A DNA stretch of 64,000 nt from a virus. The notes beneath the pieces were generated by a model. The model did no database searches, was not told where the DNA came from, and worked only from the letters and a program-made list of their open reading frames with translations. The DNA is taken from the IMG/VR virus record IMGVR_UViG_3300035180_002599, positions 1-64,000 of that record. One strand, written 5' to 3'. This document shows, piece by piece, positions 1-9,271 of the stretch; within the stretch, counting starts at the first letter, position 1, and every line of letters begins with the position of its first letter. The translations under genes were made by a program, and so were the position numbers.

Positions 1-2427
1 TGCTCCTCTTGCTGGTGCCCCAAGAATTGTGTAAGTAGTAGTTGCATCCGGAGCAAAACCAGTAATAGCAGAAAATGTTAAGGTATTTGATGTATTAGAT
101 ACAATAACAATTTCATTCAATGCTGCAGCCAAACCAAAACCTGCTCCACCAGTAATACGAACCCGTTTTCCAGCCCATTGATTAACTGCCCAGTTTTTAG
201 TAGTATCAACCAATGTACTTGTTGTACCGGCACCAGTACAAGCTCCAAATGAATCAAAAATTATGTATCTTGAAGTACTATCAGGTGTAAATGATTGAGT
301 ACTATAAGTTAATGTATTAGATGTGTTTGAGGTAATAGTTAAAAAGTTATCTCTTCCGGTACCAGATTGAATTCTAACTTTTGCGCCAGCCCATTGATTT
401 GTGTTCCAGTTCTTAGTCGAATCTACTAAGGTGGTTGTACTTCCGCCAGTAGCATCACCATAAGATGATTTTGTAGGATCTTTAAATTGCTCATCTCTCC
501 CAAACATTGAAGGATCTACAATAACATACCTACCATTACCAATTAATGCAGTTGTAATAGATGCAACAGTAATTGTAGTAGCAGTATTAGAAATAATTAC
601 ACGAGGTTGGACTGCTCCAGTTGTACCTGCTAAATGAGTTTGAATAATTTTACCAACATGTTCATTAACTGTCCAATTCTTAGATGAATCAACAATGACT
701 GTAGCTGATTGAGAATTTGCTGCAGTCATATTTCCAGAAGCTGAAGTAACAAAATCGAAACCAGTTAATGAATCACAACCGATGATTGTAACTGTTCCAG
801 CATATGCAGAATCCCCTGCTAATACAACAGAATCTCCTATCTTAAAATTATGATTTATTGATGTTACAACATTACATACTGTACCTACCGCTGTTACATT
901 GGCAACGAATCCAGTTCCTACACCAGTAGTAGATGCTTGAGAGAATGTAGTGACGGAATACCCAGTTCCTGGACGTAATAATGAAATGCCCGTTACTGCA
1001 CCATTTGCCCCAACAGAAGTAACTTGAACTTTACCGTTTGTACCAGTAGCTAATGTTATAAAATCACCAACAACATAACCAGATCCAGCGGTATTAACTG
1101 TTACTGCAGTTATACCACCTGTACCACGAGTACCTGAGCTAATTGCTATAACTGAAGTATCTATACCAGGGAATTGAGCACTTAAATTACATGCAGTACC
1201 GTTATCACTTTTAGATCCTTGAAGAACCAAATCTGAATCAACATCATATTGAGCTAAAAATGATTGAGCATTACCGGCAATATAAAATTTATCATTATCC
1301 GCAATAATTTCGTAGGTGCTTGTATTATCTGGTGTTATTTGCCATTTTCTAGCTACTTCAATTGTTGTAGCATTGTTTTTAACAATTCTTCTTTGTTGAC
1401 CAACACCAGTTCCACCAGTTATTCTTATTTTATAATTATTATAAGCGTTTGGTGTCATTGTTTTTGATGAATCAGTTAAAACATATGTGCTTCCACTACT
1501 GGCTGTTCCCGAAACATATACTCCACCGACTTCACTCGTTCTTTCAATTGTTCCATCTGTACCAAAAGCTGCAAGAATCATATTTGTTGGTGCAGTTTTA
1601 TATTGCCAAATGTCGGTTGCTTCATCATAGTACTGAATACTAAAATATGGTGCAGTTGTAGCTGAAGTTAACAACCACAAACCTCCAGATTCAATTTTAA
1701 ATCTAGATGTATAATCAGGGGTTACAGTCCATGCGGCATTAACCGTTAAATCATTTGCTTCAATTACGAAATGAGTTTGTGCACCGGCAGTTGTCGATGG
1801 GGGTACTACAAAAGTGCTGTTATTGAACGAATCAATAGGTTGATAGTTTGCGTCGAATACAGTTAATGTGTTAGCATCATTGTATAAAATTCTTCTTACT
1901 TGAGTTTGCCCTGCACCATAAGTTAAACGAACTTGATAACCAGCCCATTGATTGATTTTCCATTTCTTAGTAGAATCACCGATTACTGATATAGAGGCGA
2001 CTGTTGCTACACCTTGGTCATATTTTACTGGTTCTGTAGATGAAGTAATTGTTCTAACTTGACCTGCTCCTGTTCCAGTCATAATACGAATAACTTTACC
2101 ATCTAAAATCCCAGCATTAAAACCTGCTATTCTTAATGTTGTCGAAGATGGAGCAGAAATTACCCTTCCATAGGTACCAGAAAATCGACTATATCGAATA
2201 GAAACAAATGTAGAAGGAGTTAATAACGGTGAAGCCAATTTATTATTTGTATTAGAATATGTATCATATCTGTAGAAGTTAGATCCATTTAGGTAATACA
2301 TAAATCTACCATTTCCATCTTCAGCTGTAGTTAATCCCGAGGTAGATGCGGCAGAAGCAGGAAATGGCTCCATTGATTGCCATAGTTGTTTCATATCTAC
2401 TGGTTTATTATTGTTTGTTGTTGGCAT
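1..2427 (-). CDS. Large virion structural / tail-fibre-associated protein, runs off the left edge of the window
   Basis: Absent from the ORF track because it is truncated. ATG at 2427 (MPTTNNNKPVDMKQLWQ...) stays open to base 1. Thr/Gly-rich with repeated LVDSTKNWxxNQWAGxxVRIxxGxG modules; lies in the tail-fibre cluster. Confidence 0.75.
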   Translation of the reverse strand, partial: MPTTNNNKPVDMKQLWQSMEPFPASAASTSGLTTAEDGNGRFMYYLNGSNFYRYDTYSNTNNKLASPLLTPSTFVSIRYSRFSGTYGRVISAPSSTTLRIAGFNAGILDGKVIRIMTGTGAGQVRTITSSTEPVKYDQGVATVASISVIGDSTKKWKINQWAGYQVRLTYGAGQTQVRRILYNDANTLTVFDANYQPIDSFNNSTFVVPPSTTAGAQTHFVIEANDLTVNAAWTVTPDYTSRFKIESGGLWLLTSATTAPYFSIQYYDEATDIWQYKTAPTNMILAAFGTDGTIERTSEVGGVYVSGTASSGSTYVLTDSSKTMTPNAYNNYKIRITGGTGVGQQRRIVKNNATTIEVARKWQITPDNTSTYEIIADNDKFYIAGNAQSFLAQYDVDSDLVLQGSKSDNGTACNLSAQFPGIDTSVIAISSGTRGTGGITAVTVNTAGSGYVVGDFITLATGTNGKVQVTSVGANGAVTGISLLRPGTGYSVTTFSQASTTGVGTGFVANVTAVGTVCNVVTSINHNFKIGDSVVLAGDSAYAGTVTIIGCDSLTGFDFVTSASGNMTAANSQSATVIVDSSKNWTVNEHVGKIIQTHLAGTTGAVQPRVIISNTATTITVASITTALIGNGRYVIVDPSMFGRDEQFKDPTKSSYGDATGGSTTTLVDSTKNWNTNQWAGAKVRIQSGTGRDNFLTITSNTSNTLTYSTQSFTPDSTSRYIIFDSFGACTGAGTTSTLVDTTKNWAVNQWAGKRVRITGGAGFGLAAALNEIVIVSNTSNTLTFSAITGFAPDATTTYTILGAPARGA

Positions 2428-2436
2428 ATGTAGTCC

Positions 2437-2742
2437 TTAAAAAGTTATATTTTGTAAAATTCCAGTATTAAATGCCATATCCATGACACTTTCTACTTGA
2501 CGTTGAGCTTGTATATCACCTATTCTTGATTGGTTTGTCAATGCAGTTACCGTACTAACTGTTGATAGAGGTCCAGAGTCTGTTAATTGTATTTTAAGTC
2601 TTTTACCTGCATCTGTAACCATCCCAAATTCAAGACGATCAAGAAAAAATGACATCATATTATATATATCTGTAAGATTCCTTTCTGTTTCTAGTTGTGT
2701 TTCTTCGGTAGCTAACCCACTTAATAAATTTGTTGTTGCCAT
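2437..2742 (-). CDS. Hypothetical protein in tail-fibre cluster
   Basis: 101 aa ORF packed between co-oriented fibre genes. Confidence 0.7.
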   Translation of the reverse strand: MATTNLLSGLATEETQLETERNLTDIYNMMSFFLDRLEFGMVTDAGKRLKIQLTDSGPLSTVSTVTALTNQSRIGDIQAQRQVESVMDMAFNTGILQNITF

Positions 2743-2743
2743 A

Positions 2744-5323
2744 TTAATCTCCTGTTACTATATATAAACCAAATGATCCAGAATCTGGTTTTATCCAAAA
2801 GACCTGTTCACCGGTTGCTGGCGTTGGTTGTGTAGCTTGGATAAAAACATTATTTGTTCCACTTGATATATTTATATCTCCACTACCTAATAAACTATTC
2901 CCGTTTATAGTTTTAATGTTTGTTCCAGAAACTAATGTATCTTGTTTACTTGTATCTGATGGATGGGTATGATCTGCTAAAGCAACCGTTGTAGATGATC
3001 CAATATTCGCTATTCCATCCATATTCGGAGTAGTAGAAGATAAACCAGTAATTCCATTAAATGATGTTCCAGTAGCTACACCAATATCAGGTGTGACTAG
3101 AGATGGAGAGTTTAATGGTGCTTTTAAATCCAAAGCAGATTGTACAGCAGTTGAAATTGGTTTTGATAAATCAGAAGTGTTATCAACAAAATTTAAACCA
3201 ACATCATCTTTAACTAATGTAACAACTCCTGTTTTACCAGCAACTGAATCTACCGCACCTGAAGTGATGTAGATATATATCGAACCTGACCATCTGTATG
3301 TTTTATTAGTATCTAAAGCAACATATATTTTACCAGTTTCGCCAGTTGTCGGAAAAGATGCGAAGTTTGCAAATTCTATAACATCATCAACATAACTAGG
3401 AAGTTGAGAAGATGGAATTAATGCATTTTCATCAAGAGTTGCAACACCATTTGCAACTCCTTTTTCTGATGATGCTATACGAGCAGTTGCATCTATAGCA
3501 TTAATAGTAATATCAGCACTTCCATCAAATGGAATACCATTAATATTTCGTGGTGTTTGCAACATAGTTGCTGTTCCTGCATTACCAGTAATGTTTGTCT
3601 GAGCAGGATGTACATGGTCTGCTCTAGCAACCGTTGTACTAACACCTACTGTAGCAGTTCCTGATACTAATGGTATTGTTGAACTTAGATCCGTAATATT
3701 ATTAAAACTGGTTGCATTTAATGCACCAGTACTTGGATTGTATGTTAATTTAGTACTTGATACTTTTGCATTTAATGATCCAGAGGCACTAGTTCCTAAA
3801 ACCGGATAATATGTAGCATTCGTAGTAGTATCATCAGTTACTGATACAGTACCAGAAATAGCTAAATCAGTTGAACCTAATAATGAATTACCATTAATTG
3901 TTCTTATGTTTGTTCCACTTATTAATGTTGGTTGAAATGCTGTACTATCTAAACCATCTAATAAGTCCGCATTAAGATTTGTAACTTTAGTTGTACTTGC
4001 GACAACTAATGGTGGTGTACCTGTTCCAACTGTTGAAATGTGTTGCGTACCTGAAATACCTGCAGGAAAGTACACGTACTTATTCCTATCGTAATACTCG
4101 ACATTTCTTCGTCCAATAGGATAACCACCAAACCATTCAATAGCCCCAAGCTGAACTCCATTTGCATTAATTGATGTGTTTGTAGAGTTAAATGTTACAC
4201 GCACAGCTTTTGATTTATCAGATGTTGAAGCAGAAGGTTGAAAGGCGATTGTAGTGTGCGGAATATATACATGTATAGGCCAACCATTAACCGAACCTGA
4301 TGTCACAAGGTTCCATGAAGAATCGGAGGCATCTTGTTCCTCTATCTTTATTGTTATCGTATTTGAATTAGTAGAAATATAAGAGTAGAACTTATTAAGG
4401 AAAACGTAGCTGTTTAGTGCATTAATATCCCAAGTTATACGCCATGAATTAGTAGAATTTGCCGGAATAATTGCTTGAAGTGCTGCACTTTGACCTTCGC
4501 CAATCATCATATCTGCAAGGTTATTTGCGGATACCCTGGTACTTGTTGTCCATGTCGTACCGTCTGTAGATTCTTCTTGAATAGTTGGTGATATAAATCT
4601 AAATTTATTATTCATTTCACCATGAATTAATGCCATTTCTTCAACAGCTGGCGTGCCAAGATTATATGTTACTGTGTTATTTATAGAATTTACACCAGAA
4701 AAAGCATTTGCTGAAATTTTACCACTTCCATCTCTTATAGGAATGGTGTTTGCTGCAATAGTTGTTAAAGCGGTTACCCCGTTTAATGAAGAAGCATTTA
4801 CATTAGTAATTGATGCACCATTACCAATAAAGTTCGTAGCACTTAATGTGTTTCCTGAGAACTGAAAGAAGTTAGAACCAGAATAAAATCTTAATGAACC
4901 ATCCGAATCTAATGATTGAATACCTGATTTGAATACACCATTACTTGTTCCAGATAATAACCAAGTTGCGGATGAATCTGTACCCATAATAGCATTAAAT
5001 GCACCAGTATTCACGCCATTAGTAACTCCCCACGGGGAGTTAGAACCGGTAGATTGTATATATGACGCAGCCGTTTTTGAGATTTTTCCAGTGTCTAGTT
5101 CGTTAATAGCTGCTTGTACAGTTGTTGAAACAATACTCCCAGCCGGTACATTTGATATTGTTCCAGCCGATGTTAAATCAAGGATACTTGGTGACCCATT
5201 ATCCTTCCGCATGAATAACTTACCATCGTACGTATTCATTGCTAATTCGCCTAAAGCCAAGTTGGCAGTTGTTGGAATATTCCCTTGTACAGCCGAACGC
5301 TTTAATAATATTGGTTGTGCCAT
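2744..5323 (-). CDS. Tail fibre protein
   Basis: N-terminal ILLKRS..GELAMNTYDGKLF (Mtd_N-like); fibre repeats ARADHVHP, GVATLD, SVAGKTGVVTL and SGTNIKTINGNSLLG (x2). Confidence 0.8.
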   Translation of the reverse strand: MAQPILLKRSAVQGNIPTTANLALGELAMNTYDGKLFMRKDNGSPSILDLTSAGTISNVPAGSIVSTTVQAAINELDTGKISKTAASYIQSTGSNSPWGVTNGVNTGAFNAIMGTDSSATWLLSGTSNGVFKSGIQSLDSDGSLRFYSGSNFFQFSGNTLSATNFIGNGASITNVNASSLNGVTALTTIAANTIPIRDGSGKISANAFSGVNSINNTVTYNLGTPAVEEMALIHGEMNNKFRFISPTIQEESTDGTTWTTSTRVSANNLADMMIGEGQSAALQAIIPANSTNSWRITWDINALNSYVFLNKFYSYISTNSNTITIKIEEQDASDSSWNLVTSGSVNGWPIHVYIPHTTIAFQPSASTSDKSKAVRVTFNSTNTSINANGVQLGAIEWFGGYPIGRRNVEYYDRNKYVYFPAGISGTQHISTVGTGTPPLVVASTTKVTNLNADLLDGLDSTAFQPTLISGTNIRTINGNSLLGSTDLAISGTVSVTDDTTTNATYYPVLGTSASGSLNAKVSSTKLTYNPSTGALNATSFNNITDLSSTIPLVSGTATVGVSTTVARADHVHPAQTNITGNAGTATMLQTPRNINGIPFDGSADITINAIDATARIASSEKGVANGVATLDENALIPSSQLPSYVDDVIEFANFASFPTTGETGKIYVALDTNKTYRWSGSIYIYITSGAVDSVAGKTGVVTLVKDDVGLNFVDNTSDLSKPISTAVQSALDLKAPLNSPSLVTPDIGVATGTSFNGITGLSSTTPNMDGIANIGSSTTVALADHTHPSDTSKQDTLVSGTNIKTINGNSLLGSGDINISSGTNNVFIQATQPTPATGEQVFWIKPDSGSFGLYIVTGD

Positions 5324-5413
5324 GTGGTATATAACCTTTTCAAATCATATATATGATTTATTGAATTTAGTATATTTATAGTTAGAAAATATATATAAAT
5401 CCGAAGTCTTATA

Positions 5414-6808
5414 TTAGAATGACCCGCCATCAATTGTAGATGAAATACTAATAGCATCAGTAATACCATAACCAGCAATAGTTGTTGGTTTAGATGTGAT
5501 TGAAACCCAAGTAGGAGCTAATGCTACCGCCGCTCCGATAGAAGTTATACGACCTTTTGCATCAACCGTAAATGGTCTAACTTCCGTTGCGACATTATTA
5601 TATGTTCCAGCGGTAACACCACTATTTGCTAAAGTAAGTGCAATTGTTCCAGTATTAAGAGCAGTAGCAGTGGCTGTAACATCCCCAGTTACTGCAAGAG
5701 TTTGAGTAGCAGGGAGTTGTGCAACGTTTAATACATTTCCTAAACCAACATCATCAGCAACAAGGGTAACTGCTCCAACTTTACCAGCAACACTTACAAC
5801 GTCAGGAGAACCACCTTCTACTTTATCCCATGCAGTACCATCAAATACAATTAAGTCACCAAGAGACCAGTTATTGTTAGAATCAATAGTAGTATTACCA
5901 GCAACACTGACTTTATAGTAATAACCTTTAGTACCTGTTCCATTGGTAAGTGTAGGAGTATTAGTTGAAGCATTCCAAACACCTTGATAACTTAATCCAC
6001 CAACTAAAGAATCGGGAATTTGTGAGACTGTGAGTTTTCCGGATGAATCAAGTGTAGCAACACCATTATTTGCACCAAGCAATGAGATACTTACTTTAGT
6101 TGTATCCGAAGCATGAACGTGATCTTCTCTTGCTGCTTTAGTGCTTACACCAACTGCGGCTATTGAATCCATTAGTGGAGCGGCAATAGCTAATCCTGTG
6201 ATACTATTAAAACTTGTACCAGTTGCTACACCAATATTTGGGGTTACCAAAGTTGGTGAATTACTTAATACTACCGAACCAGTACCAGTACTAGTTGTTG
6301 TTCCGGTACCTCCATTCGCCACGGCTACAATACCAGTTACATTTACAGCATTACCAGTAATGTTACTATCTAAGAATGCAATTTGTTTTGTAGCAGTACC
6401 ATTGTACCATTTTAGTACCCCATTATTTGCCCAAAGGTCTCCAGAAAATGGAGCGATTGGATCAACAGTACCATTTGGTAATAATAATGAAGCGCTTGAT
6501 GCGGTTGGTGTCATAAGAATTTGTTTGCCACTAAACAAATTAGAATTTAATGATGCTTTAGATGTGTCTGATGCATGAACGTGGTCAGCCCTTGCCCACG
6601 TTGTAGCTGTACCAACTGCAGCTGTTCCATTCATTACAGGAATTGTTGTTGATGCTTGACCAAGACCTCCAATTACCTCAACGTTAGCTCCACCATTAGT
6701 TCCAATGAAAAGGTTTTTGCTTAATGCGGAGTAAGCTAATTCCCCTTCTAATAATGATGCAGGGGTTGCTGTTGTATTAGATCTTTTAATTAAAATCGTT
6801 TGTGACAT
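5414..6808 (-). CDS. Tail fibre protein, paralogous to 2744..5323
   Basis: ILIKRS..GELAYS N-terminus; ARADHVHASDTSK, YQGVWNASTNTP, TVDAKGRIT and KPTTIAGYGITDA fibre motifs; ends IDGGSF. Confidence 0.8.
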   Translation of the reverse strand: MSQTILIKRSNTTATPASLLEGELAYSALSKNLFIGTNGGANVEVIGGLGQASTTIPVMNGTAAVGTATTWARADHVHASDTSKASLNSNLFSGKQILMTPTASSASLLLPNGTVDPIAPFSGDLWANNGVLKWYNGTATKQIAFLDSNITGNAVNVTGIVAVANGGTGTTTSTGTGSVVLSNSPTLVTPNIGVATGTSFNSITGLAIAAPLMDSIAAVGVSTKAAREDHVHASDTTKVSISLLGANNGVATLDSSGKLTVSQIPDSLVGGLSYQGVWNASTNTPTLTNGTGTKGYYYKVSVAGNTTIDSNNNWSLGDLIVFDGTAWDKVEGGSPDVVSVAGKVGAVTLVADDVGLGNVLNVAQLPATQTLAVTGDVTATATALNTGTIALTLANSGVTAGTYNNVATEVRPFTVDAKGRITSIGAAVALAPTWVSITSKPTTIAGYGITDAISISSTIDGGSF

Positions 6809-6824
6809 TTATTTTTCCTCTTGT

Positions 6825-7220
6825 TTAAAAATATCCACCATTAACAATTGTTACTGTATCTTTTGGAGTTAGAATTAGTTTCCAATCAGAAAGTGTTCCA
6901 TAGTTTGTAGTTGATAATATAAAAGTTTCTGAAGTATCAGTCCTGATTGCAATGTCACCTGTTTTAGCTTGTGAAAGTGCTAACATTTCTGATTGCGATG
7001 CTACTACGAAAACCTCAGTTACTGCCAAATCTGGTAAAATACTACCAGAAAGTTTCCCATCTGCATTAAGAACTGGTACATTACCAGCATCTGTACCGGT
7101 GTTTAATGTACTTACATTTCCTAATTCAGCAATTGCGGCTTTCTCAGCATCCGTCATAAATTTTTTATTTGCAGCTTCTACTATATTTACAGCACTAATT
7201 TTTTGAAAGTTTACAGGCAT
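6825..7220 (-). CDS. Small tail-fibre-associated protein
   Basis: GNVPVLNADGKL and GDIAIRTD motifs; C-terminal NGGYF. Confidence 0.65.
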   Translation of the reverse strand: MPVNFQKISAVNIVEAANKKFMTDAEKAAIAELGNVSTLNTGTDAGNVPVLNADGKLSGSILPDLAVTEVFVVASQSEMLALSQAKTGDIAIRTDTSETFILSTTNYGTLSDWKLILTPKDTVTIVNGGYF

Positions 7221-7233
7221 TTTTTTTACCTTT

Positions 7234-7800
7234 CTATATTAAGTATTGGTAGTTTACATCTACATAGCTACCATCTAAATCATGAACTTTTAGAGTTATA
7301 ACATTCATATTTATATTATCAACTAACTCATTTAAGTTAGATATCACTCCCATTTCATGAACATATATTTGAACTAGATCTAATATTTTTTTACTAACTA
7401 TGATTCTTCCATCTAATATTTGTAATCCAACGTCTGTAGTTTCGTGTGTTATATTATTTATGCTTGAACTTATAGTTTCATTATCTAAATTAAATGTAAT
7501 TGTTGTTCCATTTGGAACTACAACTTTGGTTATGAACCCTGATATATCTACAGTTACATTAGCTATAGGAAGTAATTTATAATCTGATAATATCGAAGGG
7601 GAATTTACAAATTTATTAAAGGCACAATCAAAATATATGTAATTTACACTATTAGGAATTTTTTTTATTTTTTTAGCCAATACAAATATATTAGAAGATA
7701 ATGTTTGGTTCAAAACTATACCTTCAGTTATATACAGATATTCTGGGTCAATTTGAGAATTTTTAATATTTATCTCTAAACCATCTTTTATAATATACAT
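7234..7800 (-). CDS. Hypothetical protein, late operon
   Basis: 188 aa ORF downstream of a minus-strand TATAAATA. Confidence 0.65.
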   Translation of the reverse strand: MYIIKDGLEINIKNSQIDPEYLYITEGIVLNQTLSSNIFVLAKKIKKIPNSVNYIYFDCAFNKFVNSPSILSDYKLLPIANVTVDISGFITKVVVPNGTTITFNLDNETISSSINNITHETTDVGLQILDGRIIVSKKILDLVQIYVHEMGVISNLNELVDNINMNVITLKVHDLDGSYVDVNYQYLI

Positions 7801-7824
7801 TATTTTCCCCGTATTTGTTTTATA

Positions 7825-7832
7825 TATTTATA
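7825..7832 (-). promoter_or_regulatory. T4-type late promoter TATAAATA driving the tail-fibre operon
   Basis: Exact TATAAATA on the minus strand. Others at 5373-5380(-), 14265-14272(+), 25424-25431(-)/25430-25437(+) and 39517-39524(-). gp55 and gp33 are encoded in the window. Confidence 0.6.
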
Positions 7833-7837
7833 AAAGT

Positions 7838-7859
7838 TTAAGGAATATTTTGATATAAT
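7838..7859 (+). promoter_or_regulatory. Early host-sigma70-type promoter TTTAAG-N8-TGATATAAT
   Basis: Motif recurs upstream of many plus-strand genes (about 12831, 15007, 16440, 17460, 18838, 19149, 31906, 36538, 43916, 59849, 61344); resembles Campylobacterota RpoD promoters. Confidence 0.7.
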
Positions 7860-7871
7860 AAATATATAAAA

Positions 7872-7912
7872 ATAACCGATATGGTTATCTTTAAATTTAC
7901 CGACGAAGGTGA
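7872..7912 (+). promoter_or_regulatory. Tandem-hairpin 5' leader element shared by both NAD salvage genes (copy 1)
   Basis: ATAACC-gatat-GGTTAT, then TTACC-gacgaa-GGTGA overlapping the RBS; second copy at 9233-9270. Confidence 0.55.
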
Positions 7913-7916
7913 TATT

Positions 7917-8960
7917 ATGAAAAAAAGTCTAGCAGTCTATATTGGACGTTTCCGTCCTCTACACAATGCACATCGCAATACAATTGAAACTTGTCTTAAA
8001 GAAAATGATGAAGTTTTGATTCTTATTGGGTCATGTGGAAATCCCCGAAATATTAAAAACCCGTTTACATTTGATGAGATCAATATTATGATTCGCTCAT
8101 GTTTCTCTGAAGAAGAAAATTCTAGAATTAAAATTGAGCCTCTTCTTGACCATTCATATGATGATACGAAATGGATTTCTCAAGTTCAAGGTATTGTTAA
8201 TACCGTAAAAACCTCAGATGAGAACATTAAGCTATATGGTAATGAGAAAGATCACTCATCTTTCTATCTGAAGTTTTTCCCTCAATGGAAATTTCGAGAT
8301 ATTGAAAACGTTTCAGATCTTCACGCTACAGATATTCGTAGATGTATGTTTTCAGATGAAGATAAAGAAGGTAACTGGATGTTGATTCAATCAAAAGTAC
8401 CAAAGTCTGTATTTTTGTTCTTGAAAGCGTTTGAAAAAACACAAGATTTTAAGAATCTAAAAGAAGAATATGATTTTATTCAAAAATATCGAAAATCATG
8501 GGAAAAAGCTCCATATCCACCAACATTTGTTACCGTAGACGCTGTTGTAGAATGTCTAGGTCACGTTCTTATGATTCAACGAAAAGCAACACCAGGTAGA
8601 GGTCTTTGGGCAATGCCAGGCGGATTTATTGATGTTCATGAAAAAATTGAAGATGCCATGATTCGTGAGTTGAAAGAAGAAACCAAAATTGATGTTTCTC
8701 ATAACCTTATAAAAGGTAGCATAAAAGCTAAAGAGGTTTTTGATAATCCTTATCGTTCTCTAAGAGGTAGAACAATTACACATGCTTATCATGTCGTTCT
8801 TAATCTTGACTATCTCCCTAAAGTAAAGGCAGATGATGATGCTATGGATGCGGTATGGATTCCTCTAGCAACACTTGCAGAAATGAGCAATCTTTGTTTT
8901 GAAGATCATATTGATATAGTTGCATATTTCACTAAAATTTCAAAAGTTTTTAAACATTAA
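7917..8960 (+). CDS. nadM: Bifunctional NMN adenylyltransferase / ADP-ribose pyrophosphatase (NadM-Nudix, NatV-like)
   Basis: IGRFRPLHNAH HxGH-type motif, KNPFTFDE, HATDIR; C-terminal Nudix domain (GLWAMPGGF..RELKEET, FEDH). Start placed at ATG 7917 after the AAGGTG RBS. Confidence 0.93.
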   Translation: MKKSLAVYIGRFRPLHNAHRNTIETCLKENDEVLILIGSCGNPRNIKNPFTFDEINIMIRSCFSEEENSRIKIEPLLDHSYDDTKWISQVQGIVNTVKTSDENIKLYGNEKDHSSFYLKFFPQWKFRDIENVSDLHATDIRRCMFSDEDKEGNWMLIQSKVPKSVFLFLKAFEKTQDFKNLKEEYDFIQKYRKSWEKAPYPPTFVTVDAVVECLGHVLMIQRKATPGRGLWAMPGGFIDVHEKIEDAMIRELKEETKIDVSHNLIKGSIKAKEVFDNPYRSLRGRTITHAYHVVLNLDYLPKVKADDDAMDAVWIPLATLAEMSNLCFEDHIDIVAYFTKISKVFKH

Positions 8961-9010
8961 TTAAGTTTAATATGATATAATTAGTATATCAAAAGAAAAG
9001 AAGGATTGAA

Positions 9011-9232
9011 ATGAACTCACCTGATAAGAGAACTCAAAAAGCATTACAACGTCTAAGGCAAGGTAAAGGTATATACTTAATCACAATTAGCTTGCCTGAT
9101 GGTGGTTCTTATAAACTTTTAGTAAAGTTTAACAAGGGCGAATCTTTCATTGTTAAATTTTACAAAGACGGAAATCGTCTTGGTAAAAGAAAAAGAGGAA
9201 TTATCCTCAAGAAGATTCAAAAACATATTTAA
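9011..9232 (+). CDS. Small basic hypothetical protein
   Basis: Own promoter cassette and AAGGA RBS. Confidence 0.6.
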   Translation: MNSPDKRTQKALQRLRQGKGIYLITISLPDGGSYKLLVKFNKGESFIVKFYKDGNRLGKRKRGIILKKIQKHI

Positions 9233-9270
9233 AATCCGATATGGATTAAATTTAACCGAAGAAGGTGTAA
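9233..9270 (+). promoter_or_regulatory. Tandem-hairpin 5' leader element (copy 2)
   Basis: AATCC-gatat-GGATT, then ACC-gaagaa-GGT overlapping the RBS of nadV. Confidence 0.55.
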
Positions 9271-9271
9271 A

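Noticed and set aside
2744-6808. Diversity-generating retroelement acting on the fibres
   Set aside because: No reverse transcriptase in the window and no repeat pair differing only at adenines was seen.
1264-7582. Plus-strand ORFs inside the tail-fibre genes (e.g. 4929..5381, 6141..6578)
   Set aside because: Antisense shadows of long Thr/Ala/Gly-rich minus-strand genes; no RBS or recognisable motifs.
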